Of a DNA stretch of 55,698 nucleotides, positions 1 through 8,844 are shown in pieces. Every line of letters begins with the position of its first letter. Position 1 is the first letter of the stretch. This DNA is from a virus (taxonomy: Duplodnaviria; Caudoviricetes), in the IMG/VR virus record IMGVR_UViG_3300030329_001268, positions 1 to 55,698 of that record. The stretch is one strand, 5' to 3'. The notes under the pieces are model-generated. The model worked only from the letters and a program-made list of their open reading frames with translations, did not search any database and was not told where the DNA came from. Made by a program: the position numbers and the translations under genes.

Positions 1-271
1 TTGCTATTGTTGTATCTGTATCAAATGCTGTAGTTGTATCAAAGGTAGTAGTAGTATCATATGCAGTAGTAGTTCCAAAAGTACTTGTTGTGCTTCTGCT
101 TGTTGCTGTATCTCTAGTAGTATTATAAATAGCATTAAAGAATGTAGATAAACTACCATCTGTCTCTTTTACGACAGCATAGTTTACAAATTTGATAGTA
201 CCATCAGTTACTTTAATATGTACCTGTTTAGGTGTTTCTATCGAATCTCCATCCCAAATCTTGAGGGCCAC
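1..271 (-). CDS. 5' part of a Thr/Ser-rich fibre-like protein; runs off the contig end and is not in the ORF track
   Basis: GTG at 271 follows AGAGGAG. Frame is open to base 1: MALKIWDGDSIETPKQVHIKVTDGTIKFVNYAVVKETDGSLSTFFNAIYNTTRDTATSRSTTSTFGTTTAYDTTTTFDTTTAFDTDTTIA. Lies directly downstream of the tail fibre gene. Confidence 0.9.
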   Translation of the reverse strand, partial: MALKIWDGDSIETPKQVHIKVTDGTIKFVNYAVVKETDGSLSTFFNAIYNTTRDTATSRSTTSTFGTTTAYDTTTTFDTTTAFDTDTTIA

Positions 272-288
272 TTTCTACTCCTCTTCTA

Positions 289-2943
289 TTATACCACGTA
301 CCATACAAAACCAGTTTTCTTACCTGTTCCGTTAGTAGGTGCAGAAGTTACTATTGCAAAATCTCTAGTATCAAAATCAGTAAGCGCTACTTGTTTCATT
401 GTTCCATCATCATTAACTACTAACCTATCTCCATCTGCAAGAGTTGTAGAACTGGCAGCTGTTCCTCCATCCATTATATTTAACTCTGTCGCAGTTGATG
501 TTACACCATCTAATATATTAAGTTCTGCTGCAGTACTTGTAACTGATGTGCCATTAATAGATAAAGCATCAGTTTCTAAAGTACCATCAATATCAGCATC
601 ACCACTAATATCTAGTGTTGCAGCATCTAATTCACCACTAATAGTTATGTTTCTACCACCAGTAATGTCTTTATTAGCATCTGTAATAATTGCTTTACTG
701 GCTATTACTGTTCCATTTGTAATTCCGTCTATAAGATTAATATCAGCTGCACTTGCTGTAACACCATCTAAAATATTTAATTCGGCAGTAGTTGAAGTAA
801 CTCCATCCATTATATTAAGTTCAGAAGTTGTAGCAGTTACCCCATCCATAATATTTAATTCAGCAGGAGTAGCGCTAATTTGAGTTGTAGTAGCCGCAGC
901 CAAGACTGGAATATATCCGCCTTGGTTAATTAAATATTGTGTATGGTCTGATGTAGGATCTACTATAGAAAGAGTAGTTTCATTTGAATCTGCGGTTGCC
1001 CCTTCAAAAACAATTGCGTTTGAAGCCTCCATTGTAACTGTATCTGCTGTAGTAGTTGTACCTGCTACAGTCAATTTAGGAACTAATAGTTCGCCTGTAC
1101 TTGGATTATATCTTAAAGCACCAGTATCATCTAACAGCCCATTAGACTCGTCATGAAAAACTATAGGGAAATTAGTGTTTGCTGTACTGTCTGCTACTGT
1201 GGCTGTAGCTGCTAATGTTGCATTTGCTACTGTAGTTCCTGCAATTACACTTGCTAAAGTTGAACCATTAACAGTAATTGCATCTGCTTCCAACGTTCCG
1301 TCTATATCAGCATCTCCACTAATATCTAAACTAGTTGCGTCTACTTCACCTGCAACAGTAACAACACCACTTGACAGCGTTATTAAATCTGTATCACTAG
1401 TATGTCCAATTACTGCACCATCAATTGCAATATTATCAACAGTAAGTGCTGTAAGAGTTCCAAGACTTGTAATGTTTGTTTGTGCCGCGCCTGTTACTGT
1501 AGCTGCTGTACCACTTGCATTACCTGTTACATTACCTGTAATATTACCAGTAAATGTTGAAGTAACTCCTGTAGTAGTAAGCATTCCAGAACTAGGATTA
1601 TATGTTAAACCTGTATCAGACTCTGCTCCCTGCGAACCTGTAGCACCATCTACAAATATTGGATATACTGTTTCGTTTGTGCTGTTATTTGCAGAAACTG
1701 TAATGTTATCAGCAGTTCCTGTAGTGTCCTGGTTAAGTGTACCAATTACAAAATCAAGTGTGTTATCTCCATCTTCATAAGTAACTGTAATACCTGTTTC
1801 AGTATTAGAACCAACCATCGCACCGACTGTATCGGCTATGTATTCGTTTAAAGGCGAACTATCTACAGTAATTGCATCGGCTTCCATCGTGCCATCAACA
1901 TCTATACTACCTGAAAGATCTATATCTCCTGTTACTGCTAAAGTACTTCCATTATAGGTTAATCCTGACTCTGCATCTAGTTCTGTTGTTGTAGCACCTA
2001 CTGTAACAAGTTCATTTTCTGTTGCATTGTTTAATGCAGAAATAGTTCCAGTAGCATTAAAATCTAAAGTATTATCATTGTCGTCATAGGTAACTGTTAC
2101 GTTTGTTTCAGTATTTCCGCTTACCATTGCGCCTACAGTATCTGCAATATATTCACTTAATGTAGTTCCATCTACTGTATAAGCATCAGCCTCAAGAGTT
2201 CCGTCAATATCTGCATCTCCTGAAATATCAAGAGTAGCTGCATCAAGTTCTCCTGATATTGTAATATTTCTACCACCGCTTATATCTTTATTTGAATCAG
2301 TGATAATTGCTTTACTAGCAATAACTGTTCCATTAGTTATACCATCTATAAGATTTATATCTGTAGCACTTGCTGTAACTCCGTCAAGTATGTTTAGTTC
2401 TGCTGTAGTAGAAGTAACTCCGTCAAGAATATTTAATTCTGCAGCAGTTGCTGTGACTCCGTCAAGAATATTTAATTCAGATGCTGTAGATGTTACTCCG
2501 TCTAATATATTCAGTTCAGCAGCTGTTGATGTAATTGCAGTTCCATTAAAATTTATTGCGTCTGCATATATTGTTCCATCAAAATAACCATCTTTAAATT
2601 CTAAAGAACTTGTACCTATATCAATATCATTATCTGTAACAGGAACTATTGCTCCGTCTTGAACTCTAATTTGTTCTACAGCAGCACTAGAAACTTCTAC
2701 AAAAAAACCAACTCTATTATTAGTTCCATCAACAACAACTTTATTTAAAAAGTCTAAATCTCCTATTTGAGGTACATTACCGCCTTGACCTGATGTACCA
2801 TCATGCCTATGTCCAGTGTTTGATGCACTACTTGAACTATAAGTAAATGCATTAACTAATTGATCATATTCATTATTAAATAATGCGGCTGTGATAGTGT
2901 CTCCATCACTAAATGAACTTTGCCTTGTATAACTTTGTGCCAT
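289..2943 (-). CDS. Tail fibre protein with 13-aa repeats
   Basis: 884 aa, rich in T/A/D/G. Tandem TSTAAELNILDGV-type repeats and duplicated GELDAATLDISGDADIDGTLEADA blocks. Follows the tail tubular genes. Confidence 0.8.
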   Translation of the reverse strand: MAQSYTRQSSFSDGDTITAALFNNEYDQLVNAFTYSSSSASNTGHRHDGTSGQGGNVPQIGDLDFLNKVVVDGTNNRVGFFVEVSSAAVEQIRVQDGAIVPVTDNDIDIGTSSLEFKDGYFDGTIYADAINFNGTAITSTAAELNILDGVTSTASELNILDGVTATAAELNILDGVTSTTAELNILDGVTASATDINLIDGITNGTVIASKAIITDSNKDISGGRNITISGELDAATLDISGDADIDGTLEADAYTVDGTTLSEYIADTVGAMVSGNTETNVTVTYDDNDNTLDFNATGTISALNNATENELVTVGATTTELDAESGLTYNGSTLAVTGDIDLSGSIDVDGTMEADAITVDSSPLNEYIADTVGAMVGSNTETGITVTYEDGDNTLDFVIGTLNQDTTGTADNITVSANNSTNETVYPIFVDGATGSQGAESDTGLTYNPSSGMLTTTGVTSTFTGNITGNVTGNASGTAATVTGAAQTNITSLGTLTALTVDNIAIDGAVIGHTSDTDLITLSSGVVTVAGEVDATSLDISGDADIDGTLEADAITVNGSTLASVIAGTTVANATLAATATVADSTANTNFPIVFHDESNGLLDDTGALRYNPSTGELLVPKLTVAGTTTTADTVTMEASNAIVFEGATADSNETTLSIVDPTSDHTQYLINQGGYIPVLAAATTTQISATPAELNIMDGVTATTSELNIMDGVTSTTAELNILDGVTASAADINLIDGITNGTVIASKAIITDANKDITGGRNITISGELDAATLDISGDADIDGTLETDALSINGTSVTSTAAELNILDGVTSTATELNIMDGGTAASSTTLADGDRLVVNDDGTMKQVALTDFDTRDFAIVTSAPTNGTGKKTGFVWYVV

Positions 2944-2946
2944 TTG

Positions 2947-4587
2947 TTATTGTCTCCCCGATGGTATGTAATCTACATAAATTCCGTTAATTGTATATGG
3001 TGAATTTTGATTGTTACTAAAAATTCTAAAATAATTACTGTTGCCACTTCCTTCAACAGTTTGTCTAACAAGAGGATCTGTTTGTCCGCCAAACGTATAA
3101 CCTCCTGCTGTTCCAAAAGTTGCAGTTCCAAATAAACTAGGACTATCGACTGCTAATGTATAATCCGAAGGTTGAGGTGCTGTAAGCCTATCAAAATCGT
3201 ATTTTACTTTTAATTTTGTATCTACTGTTCCTTCAGGAGTAATAGACACACTTACGTATTTTAAAGTTTTTAGAGTTCCTAAATCTCCGTAATCTAATTC
3301 AGGAGTTTGGTATTTCGATAAAATATTAAGTTTGTTTCCTGCTTCATCTAATAAATTATCGCCTATATCATGATTATAAACTTTACCTGCATAATCACCA
3401 TGTAAGTATTGTTCTACTCCATTTGAATTAAATCCTGAAGTTGCTGCAGCACTCGCATCTATTCCTACAGTTTCAGACCATTGAAATTGTGTAATTCCTT
3501 GGTCGTTTGTTTTAATAGTACCTATAATTCCTCTTGAAGATCCGCCTGTATTTGCATCTCCATAGTATAAACGATACTGTGCTTTGTCTCGTATTACAAT
3601 ACTTGCAACATTATATGTTCCAATATTGTCTGCTATATTTTTTATGACAGGTGTAATGGCTCTACTAACTGAGCCTAACTCTACGTCACCAATTCTTGCT
3701 GTACCTGCAAGTGTTCGTATTCCATCAGGCGCTAAGAATACAAGATCACCTGCAATCTCTTGGATACTTCTTCCGTCTAAACAACCTATGTTTTGTGTAA
3801 TAGGTAAAATTGCTATATTATCACTATCATTTATATTAACTAATTTATAAATACTGTTTTTACAAAAGATTATTAAGTCATCCCTAAAAGATCTTAATCC
3901 TATTACTCTATCATCTAAAACAATATTTCCTGATCCTGTTGTTGTAAAATCATCTATATCATTTGTTCCACTATAAAAAATAGTATTTGGTGCTGTTGCA
4001 GCTCCTGCTACAACTAAATGTTTATCATGTATTGTACAGTATTTTGGATAGTGTGTTCCGCTTACTGTTATTTCTTTTGCATAATAAGTTCTGTTACTTA
4101 ATGTACCAGTACCTGTCATTTTAAAATAAAAAGGCTTGACTCCAGAACCTTCATCTGTTATTATAACTTCTCCGTACTCTGTGTCTCCTTCGTAAGTTAT
4201 AATCTGTGCTAAACTTTGTGAAGTTCTAGCAGAAGCACTACGACCTGTAAAAGTACTATAGTTGTCTCCACTACCTGAAACACTTGCTCTATTTATTTGT
4301 AACCAACTTGTTCCGTCTAGGCTAAAATATATGTTTGTTCCTGCGCAAACTATTACTCCGTCTGCATAAATATGTAGTCCTAGTATATCATTATCTACAT
4401 TAGGATTAGCGGCAGAGTCTCCTCCAAATAAAGAGTAACCATTTATTCTTCTGTATCCTCCTTGTACATCAACTTCAAAATTTTCTAAAAGTGTTGCGGC
4501 ACCAGGCTTTCGCATCATTTCAATAGGACTTGAAGATTTATCAAGCCCCCCTTCACATGGAAATGCAAATGGTTGTGATTGTGCCAT
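2947..4587 (-). CDS. Tail tubular protein B-like (nozzle/stabilisation protein)
   Basis: 546 aa, beta-rich. GGL near the N-terminus, ENF..D..GGYRRING, IIFCKNSIYKL and NIGC motifs. Sits after the adaptor gene. Confidence 0.7.
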   Translation of the reverse strand: MAQSQPFAFPCEGGLDKSSSPIEMMRKPGAATLLENFEVDVQGGYRRINGYSLFGGDSAANPNVDNDILGLHIYADGVIVCAGTNIYFSLDGTSWLQINRASVSGSGDNYSTFTGRSASARTSQSLAQIITYEGDTEYGEVIITDEGSGVKPFYFKMTGTGTLSNRTYYAKEITVSGTHYPKYCTIHDKHLVVAGAATAPNTIFYSGTNDIDDFTTTGSGNIVLDDRVIGLRSFRDDLIIFCKNSIYKLVNINDSDNIAILPITQNIGCLDGRSIQEIAGDLVFLAPDGIRTLAGTARIGDVELGSVSRAITPVIKNIADNIGTYNVASIVIRDKAQYRLYYGDANTGGSSRGIIGTIKTNDQGITQFQWSETVGIDASAAATSGFNSNGVEQYLHGDYAGKVYNHDIGDNLLDEAGNKLNILSKYQTPELDYGDLGTLKTLKYVSVSITPEGTVDTKLKVKYDFDRLTAPQPSDYTLAVDSPSLFGTATFGTAGGYTFGGQTDPLVRQTVEGSGNSNYFRIFSNNQNSPYTINGIYVDYIPSGRQ

Positions 4588-5357
4588 TAAACTACTCTTA
4601 CTCTATCATCTGTTATATACTTAGGAGCAGGATTTAAAAGATTAGATCTCATTTGTCTTAATCCTCTATTATAATCATCTAATGCAAAGGCTGATGATTG
4701 TGCATCATCTTTAAACTGATGTATATAATATCTTGCTCTTGCAAGTAATACAGGAGCATACATATCAGGAAAAACAACTGTATCGCCATGAGCGCTTAAT
4801 GCTGTCGGTTGATTCCAAGCAAAAAACCAAACTTTGTAAACTTTGTCAGGTATTGGGCTTACTCCAAAATTTCTACCATCTGTGCTTCTAAACACAACAT
4901 TAGGTGTTCCCCAGTTTTGTGAATCAGCATCATCTATATTTTCTGCTTCTCTTCTAAAATCTTTCCAGTCTTCAAGAGTTACAAATCTAAGATTTCTACT
5001 AGTATAAGGAGCAGACTCTCCGCTTACCCCTATAGTAGTTAAATAAAAGTCATCCCAATTAATAGAACCATAATCATTTGCAGCTGAACTAGAAGATGCT
5101 TTTAATTCATACCATCGTGTACCTGCAACAGTTTCAACAGAAACATTTCCATACATAGGATCTGTTGCCCCACTTTCACCTGTTGCTAAAAAGGGCCATT
5201 GAGGTTCTGCTGTTACTATGTCGTGATAAGCACGATTAACACAGTCTTTTACGTGTGCTTGTACTCCTATAGCACTGCTAAAGTTTCCTGAAGTTAAAGC
5301 AACTTCATTTGTTTCTCTAAGCAATTCATTAGTTAATTGTAAATATGTTGTTGCCAC
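4587..5357 (-). CDS. Tail tubular protein A-like (head-tail adaptor)
   Basis: 256 aa. TYLQLTNELLR start, VNRAY..I.....WPF and P.PDKVY motifs. Lies between capsid and nozzle genes. Confidence 0.7.
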   Translation of the reverse strand: MATTYLQLTNELLRETNEVALTSGNFSSAIGVQAHVKDCVNRAYHDIVTAEPQWPFLATGESGATDPMYGNVSVETVAGTRWYELKASSSSAANDYGSINWDDFYLTTIGVSGESAPYTSRNLRFVTLEDWKDFRREAENIDDADSQNWGTPNVVFRSTDGRNFGVSPIPDKVYKVWFFAWNQPTALSAHGDTVVFPDMYAPVLLARARYYIHQFKDDAQSSAFALDDYNRGLRQMRSNLLNPAPKYITDDRVRVV

Positions 5358-5366
5358 TTATGTCTC

Positions 5367-5522
5367 CTAACAAGGTTTGGCTTTTTGCATACCACCACCA
5401 TAAGCCATTACTCTGTTTTTTCCTGCCTTTTTATCAAAATTACTTTTTGGACCTGATTTAGTCAGAGGTCTTCTTTTATTTTTTGGTTTTGGTTTTGGTT
5501 TCCAATCTCCTGGTTTTGGCAT
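5367..5522 (-). CDS. Small basic protein (51 aa)
   Basis: Manual translation MPKPGDWKPKPKPKNKRRPLTKSGPKSNFDKKAGKNRVMAYGGGMQKAKPC. Packs tightly in the operon. Confidence 0.6.
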   Translation of the reverse strand: MPKPGDWKPKPKPKNKRRPLTKSGPKSNFDKKAGKNRVMAYGGGMQKAKPC

Positions 5523-5525
5523 GGT

Positions 5526-5702
5526 TTACCCCTTTTGTCTATTATAATTTTTTTGTTGTTTACCAAAGATTCTATCCCAACCTTTGCTATATAATTCTTT
5601 ATCTTTTTTACTTAAATGTTTTCCGCCTAACCCTAATTTTCTATTGCCTCTCTTCTTATTTTTTAAGATGACAGGTCTTGAATCTGTACCTACTTGTGGC
5701 AT
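5526..5702 (-). CDS. Small basic protein (58 aa)
   Basis: Manual translation MPQVGTDSRPVILKNKKRGNRKLGLGGKHLSKKDKELYSKGWDRIFGKQQKNYNRQKG. AAGG upstream. Confidence 0.6.
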   Translation of the reverse strand: MPQVGTDSRPVILKNKKRGNRKLGLGGKHLSKKDKELYSKGWDRIFGKQQKNYNRQKG

Positions 5703-5725
5703 ATTTTTTACCTTTTAATTTAAGA

Positions 5726-5766
5726 GTATGGGGAGGAATACTCCGATAGAATACCCTCCCACATAC
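5726..5766 (-). terminator. Stem-loop just after the major capsid gene; probable terminator or mRNA stabiliser
   Basis: GTATGTGGGAGGGTATTCT-ATC-GGAGTATTCCTCCCCATAC imperfect hairpin. U-tract is weak. Confidence 0.55.
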
Positions 5767-5783
5767 AATGTTTTGCTAATCGA

Positions 5784-6782
5784 TTAGTCGATAGCGTAGA
5801 AAGCAGACACAAGCGCTTCGCTACGAAGTACATCACATCCATAGACATGAAGACCTCTAACGATGTCACCAAAACTGTCAGGATCACGGATCACTTCAGT
5901 TTGTGTAATTGCTTGTGCAGTAGCTGCAGCTGAGATATGTCCGCAAATTACTTTACCACTTGCTGTAGAAGCAGCAGCAATGTTATTAGACTTGTACATA
6001 TCAAAACCACGCAACTTACCGCTTGAGACTAAGCCATTTCTAAGAGAACCTTGACCTGCGTTGTAGTCAACTGACATTAGTTTAGAACTTGATTGAGACA
6101 GTTGCTCATACCAAGAAGGAGGAGCAAGAAACCATCTTCCTTCTTCAGGAATGTTTTGCTCATCCAGTAATCTAGCCATAAATGCCATTACATCAAGAGG
6201 ATCTGCTCCAGTACCATCAGAACCTGTAAGGTCGATAGAGTTAGAACCGCCTTGATGTTGCCCCATTGTTTGAGTAGCAGCAGCAGCGTCTGCACCTAAT
6301 ACGTGATCAGGTGAAGAACTAGATACTCCACTAAACAATTCGGCAATAACACCTTCGTCAAAAGCATCTTTAAGAGCGTAAGCTGCAGAAGAGGATGCTA
6401 CCTCTTTCCAGTTTACGTGAGACATAGATTTCTCAATGTCATCTACTTTGAATTTGAAAGCGTTTGCTACATCAACAGTAAGGGTTTCTTCCATGTCCGT
6501 CAACTTAGTTTGCGTTACGTCAGCCCCTCTTTCATACTGAAAAACAGTAATCGTAGGTTCTTTGACTATCCGTACTGTGTCACCAAATGCAGAAATATCA
6601 CCTGAGTAATCAGTATTTGTGATTGCTTCTGCAACTGAGGCTTTTCTAAAAAAGTTAAGTACCTTCTTGGAATAAACCTTAGGCATGAAGAATGCATTAG
6701 TTTGTCCAGATATGGAGTTCGCAAAGTTGCCGTTCTCATCAGTCGACTGCTCAAATAAAGCATCAGATTGATTATAAGCCAT
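5784..6782 (-). CDS. Major capsid protein
   Basis: 332 aa. FMPKVYSKKVL, GDISAFGDTVRI, FKFKVDDIE and RDPDSFGDIVRGLHVYG motifs. Follows the scaffold gene. Confidence 0.9.
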   Translation of the reverse strand: MAYNQSDALFEQSTDENGNFANSISGQTNAFFMPKVYSKKVLNFFRKASVAEAITNTDYSGDISAFGDTVRIVKEPTITVFQYERGADVTQTKLTDMEETLTVDVANAFKFKVDDIEKSMSHVNWKEVASSSAAYALKDAFDEGVIAELFSGVSSSSPDHVLGADAAAATQTMGQHQGGSNSIDLTGSDGTGADPLDVMAFMARLLDEQNIPEEGRWFLAPPSWYEQLSQSSSKLMSVDYNAGQGSLRNGLVSSGKLRGFDMYKSNNIAAASTASGKVICGHISAAATAQAITQTEVIRDPDSFGDIVRGLHVYGCDVLRSEALVSAFYAID

Positions 6783-6816
6783 TTTAAGTCACCTTTAAAT
6801 GTTAATTGCGTTAATA

Positions 6817-7722
6817 TTAATCACCACGTATTCTACCTTCTTCTAAAGCCCGATCAATCTCTGATTCAAGACGATCAAACTCATCCATAGGTAGCGCAGC
6901 AATCTCCTCTTGAGTCCATATTTTAGGCTCTGCGACATCTACAGTTGTAGTCTTTGTAGATACCATTTCAGCAGCCTTTGAGTTTGAACTCATTGACTTA
7001 TCACGTTTCTGTTTATTTTCTTTAGCAGAAGTTATTCCTGTGTCTTGTTTAAATAGATCAATTGCTCGACCTGCTAAACCAACATTATTAGGATTATTAT
7101 AAACCCATGCTTGAATATCTTCAGGTTGAGATTTAGCCCAATCGTGAAATTCATCACTTTCTCGAATGTCTGCAAAGTCAGGATGTTTTTCAAACAATTC
7201 TGCTTCTGCTTCTTTTCTTTGAACAGATGCTTCTCTTTCTTGTAAGGCTTGGATTTTAGCATTTAAACCTGCAACCTTTGCCTCACTTTGTAAATGAGAA
7301 ACAGTCTCAACTACGTCATATACATCAGGATAACGTGCTTTAAATTGTTCAAGTTCTTCAAGAGTTTTAGGAGTTTCGTACTTAGGCTGTGAAGCAGTTG
7401 CTTCGTTTATAAGTTCTCGCTCTCTCTGTCTAAACTCGTTAAGTTTGCTATCGTAATGTGATTTCAAGTCATCATACCTTTTTTTGTAGTTAGGCTGTGA
7501 GTAAGGCTTATCTTTTGGTGCTGATGTTTCTTTGGTGTCTGTATCTTTATCAGACTTTTCTATAGTCTGTTTTTGATCAGGCGCAACAAATAAACTAGTA
7601 GCGTCTAAACCTTCTTTAGGCATAACATCATCCGTGTGCCAAGATTTCTTTGCATTATACGGATTAGGTATGGGTTCGTTTTTTACTTCTTCTTCAGAAG
7701 TTACATTTGCGTTGTCAGTCAT
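6817..7722 (-). CDS. Capsid scaffolding protein
   Basis: Charged coiled coil with YKKRYDDLK, HPDF..I..S..F..W and a C-terminal EIDRALEEGRI helix. Directly upstream of the capsid gene. Confidence 0.75.
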   Translation of the reverse strand: MTDNANVTSEEEVKNEPIPNPYNAKKSWHTDDVMPKEGLDATSLFVAPDQKQTIEKSDKDTDTKETSAPKDKPYSQPNYKKRYDDLKSHYDSKLNEFRQRERELINEATASQPKYETPKTLEELEQFKARYPDVYDVVETVSHLQSEAKVAGLNAKIQALQEREASVQRKEAEAELFEKHPDFADIRESDEFHDWAKSQPEDIQAWVYNNPNNVGLAGRAIDLFKQDTGITSAKENKQKRDKSMSSNSKAAEMVSTKTTTVDVAEPKIWTQEEIAALPMDEFDRLESEIDRALEEGRIRGD

Positions 7723-7734
7723 TTTACTCTCCTT

Positions 7735-7871
7735 CCTTTGTGCTTACTATAACAAGGTGGCTTATTCCAAGAACGTCTTCTATATAAGTGCTTGACCTGT
7801 AAGGTGGCATCAAAAGGTATTTCTTTTTTAGATTATGTAGAGGGCTGTCTGACTAGGACAGGTGGCTCTAC
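7735..7871 (-). promoter_or_regulatory. Structured RNA leader of the scaffold gene with three GCCAC-hairpin-C(A/C)C units
   Basis: gtggc on + at 7757, 7804 and 7862. On the - strand each is followed by a hairpin. Closing stem CCUUUUG/CAAAGG abuts the SD. Confidence 0.6.
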
Positions 7872-7877
7872 GATTGA

Positions 7878-8615
7878 TTAACTGGGGGCTATGCCATACC
7901 GAGGATTTTGAAGCATCATTGCTTTTTTAGTTTCTTCGTCTTGTAAAGAAATAGGTTCAAGCGGTTGCTTTCCTGTCATCTTTACTTCAGAAGAAGCAAC
8001 AGCAATGTCAGCGTCTTCTTTATCGCTATCGGCTTTTTCAACATAGCCTCCAGTCTGTGCTAATTTGCGATCTGCATTCCCCTCTGCATCAGACATAAGT
8101 TGCTCTAATACATCAGGACCGATTTCCTCGGTTGCTTTTGCAGTTATCACAAATTCTCCATTCGACAACCTTGCAGGTATCGAATCGGAAACTTCGGATC
8201 CTGGACCTTCTACTGGACCAGAACCTGTAAATTCTCCTGCTGTTATCATAACCTTGTCAAATAGTTCACTTAGCCTATCATCGTCTTCTAAGGCTGATAA
8301 CAAATATTGTTCATCTTCGGGAGTCAAAGATGTTTTAATTACGTAATCTAAGTATTTATCTTCCATTACTGGATCAGAATCTTGCATTGCTTCTATATCT
8401 TCAGGACTAGGTTCTGTAAGCAATTGGTCATCTGACATTATTTTTTCATCTGCTAAAACTTCTTCTTCTCCTGAATCCATCATAGAATCCATTTGAGAAT
8501 CAATATCTCCTTCGACAAAATTACCTACAGCCTTACCCATACGTTCTTTGTCTTTCTTATATTGTGCTATGCCTTCTGTTGTATAGGCATATTTTTTTCC
8601 TTTAAGTTTTGGCAT
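7878..8615 (-). CDS. Acidic virion-associated hypothetical protein
   Basis: Contains GPVEGPGSEVSDSIPARLSNGEFVITAKAT, a motif typical of phage tape-measure and virion proteins. Located in the head operon. Confidence 0.7.
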   Translation of the reverse strand: MPKLKGKKYAYTTEGIAQYKKDKERMGKAVGNFVEGDIDSQMDSMMDSGEEEVLADEKIMSDDQLLTEPSPEDIEAMQDSDPVMEDKYLDYVIKTSLTPEDEQYLLSALEDDDRLSELFDKVMITAGEFTGSGPVEGPGSEVSDSIPARLSNGEFVITAKATEEIGPDVLEQLMSDAEGNADRKLAQTGGYVEKADSDKEDADIAVASSEVKMTGKQPLEPISLQDEETKKAMMLQNPRYGIAPS

Positions 8616-8844
8616 TATCCTCCCCTCTATTTAATGCTTCATTAACCTGTTCCTTCAATCGGAGCAATGTTTCCAGAGAATTGATCCTCCCCTGGGAGCG
8701 GAACATTTCCAGTTCCGATGTTGCCACCGCCAGTGCCTGTAGTTCCAAGTTCTTGCGGTCCACTAGGTATTCCTTCACCGCCTCCCATAGGACTCGGTTG
8801 TTGACCAATGGTAGCATCTTCTGGGCCAGTTTCTTGTTGAGCAT
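8602..8844 (-). CDS. Small head-module protein nested in the portal 3' end
   Basis: 80 aa with ELEMFRSQGRI. Overlaps the low-complexity portal tail in another frame; its stop overlaps the next start. Confidence 0.6.
   Translation of the reverse strand: MLNKKLAQKMLPLVNNRVLWEAVKEYLVDRKNLELQALAVATSELEMFRSQGRINSLETLLRLKEQVNEALNRGEDNAKT

Noticed and set aside
218-2587. Long + strand ORFs (218, 1175, 2300) and similar antisense ORFs elsewhere, such as 36900+
   Set aside because: Antisense shadows of repetitive - strand genes, with no RBS or motifs.
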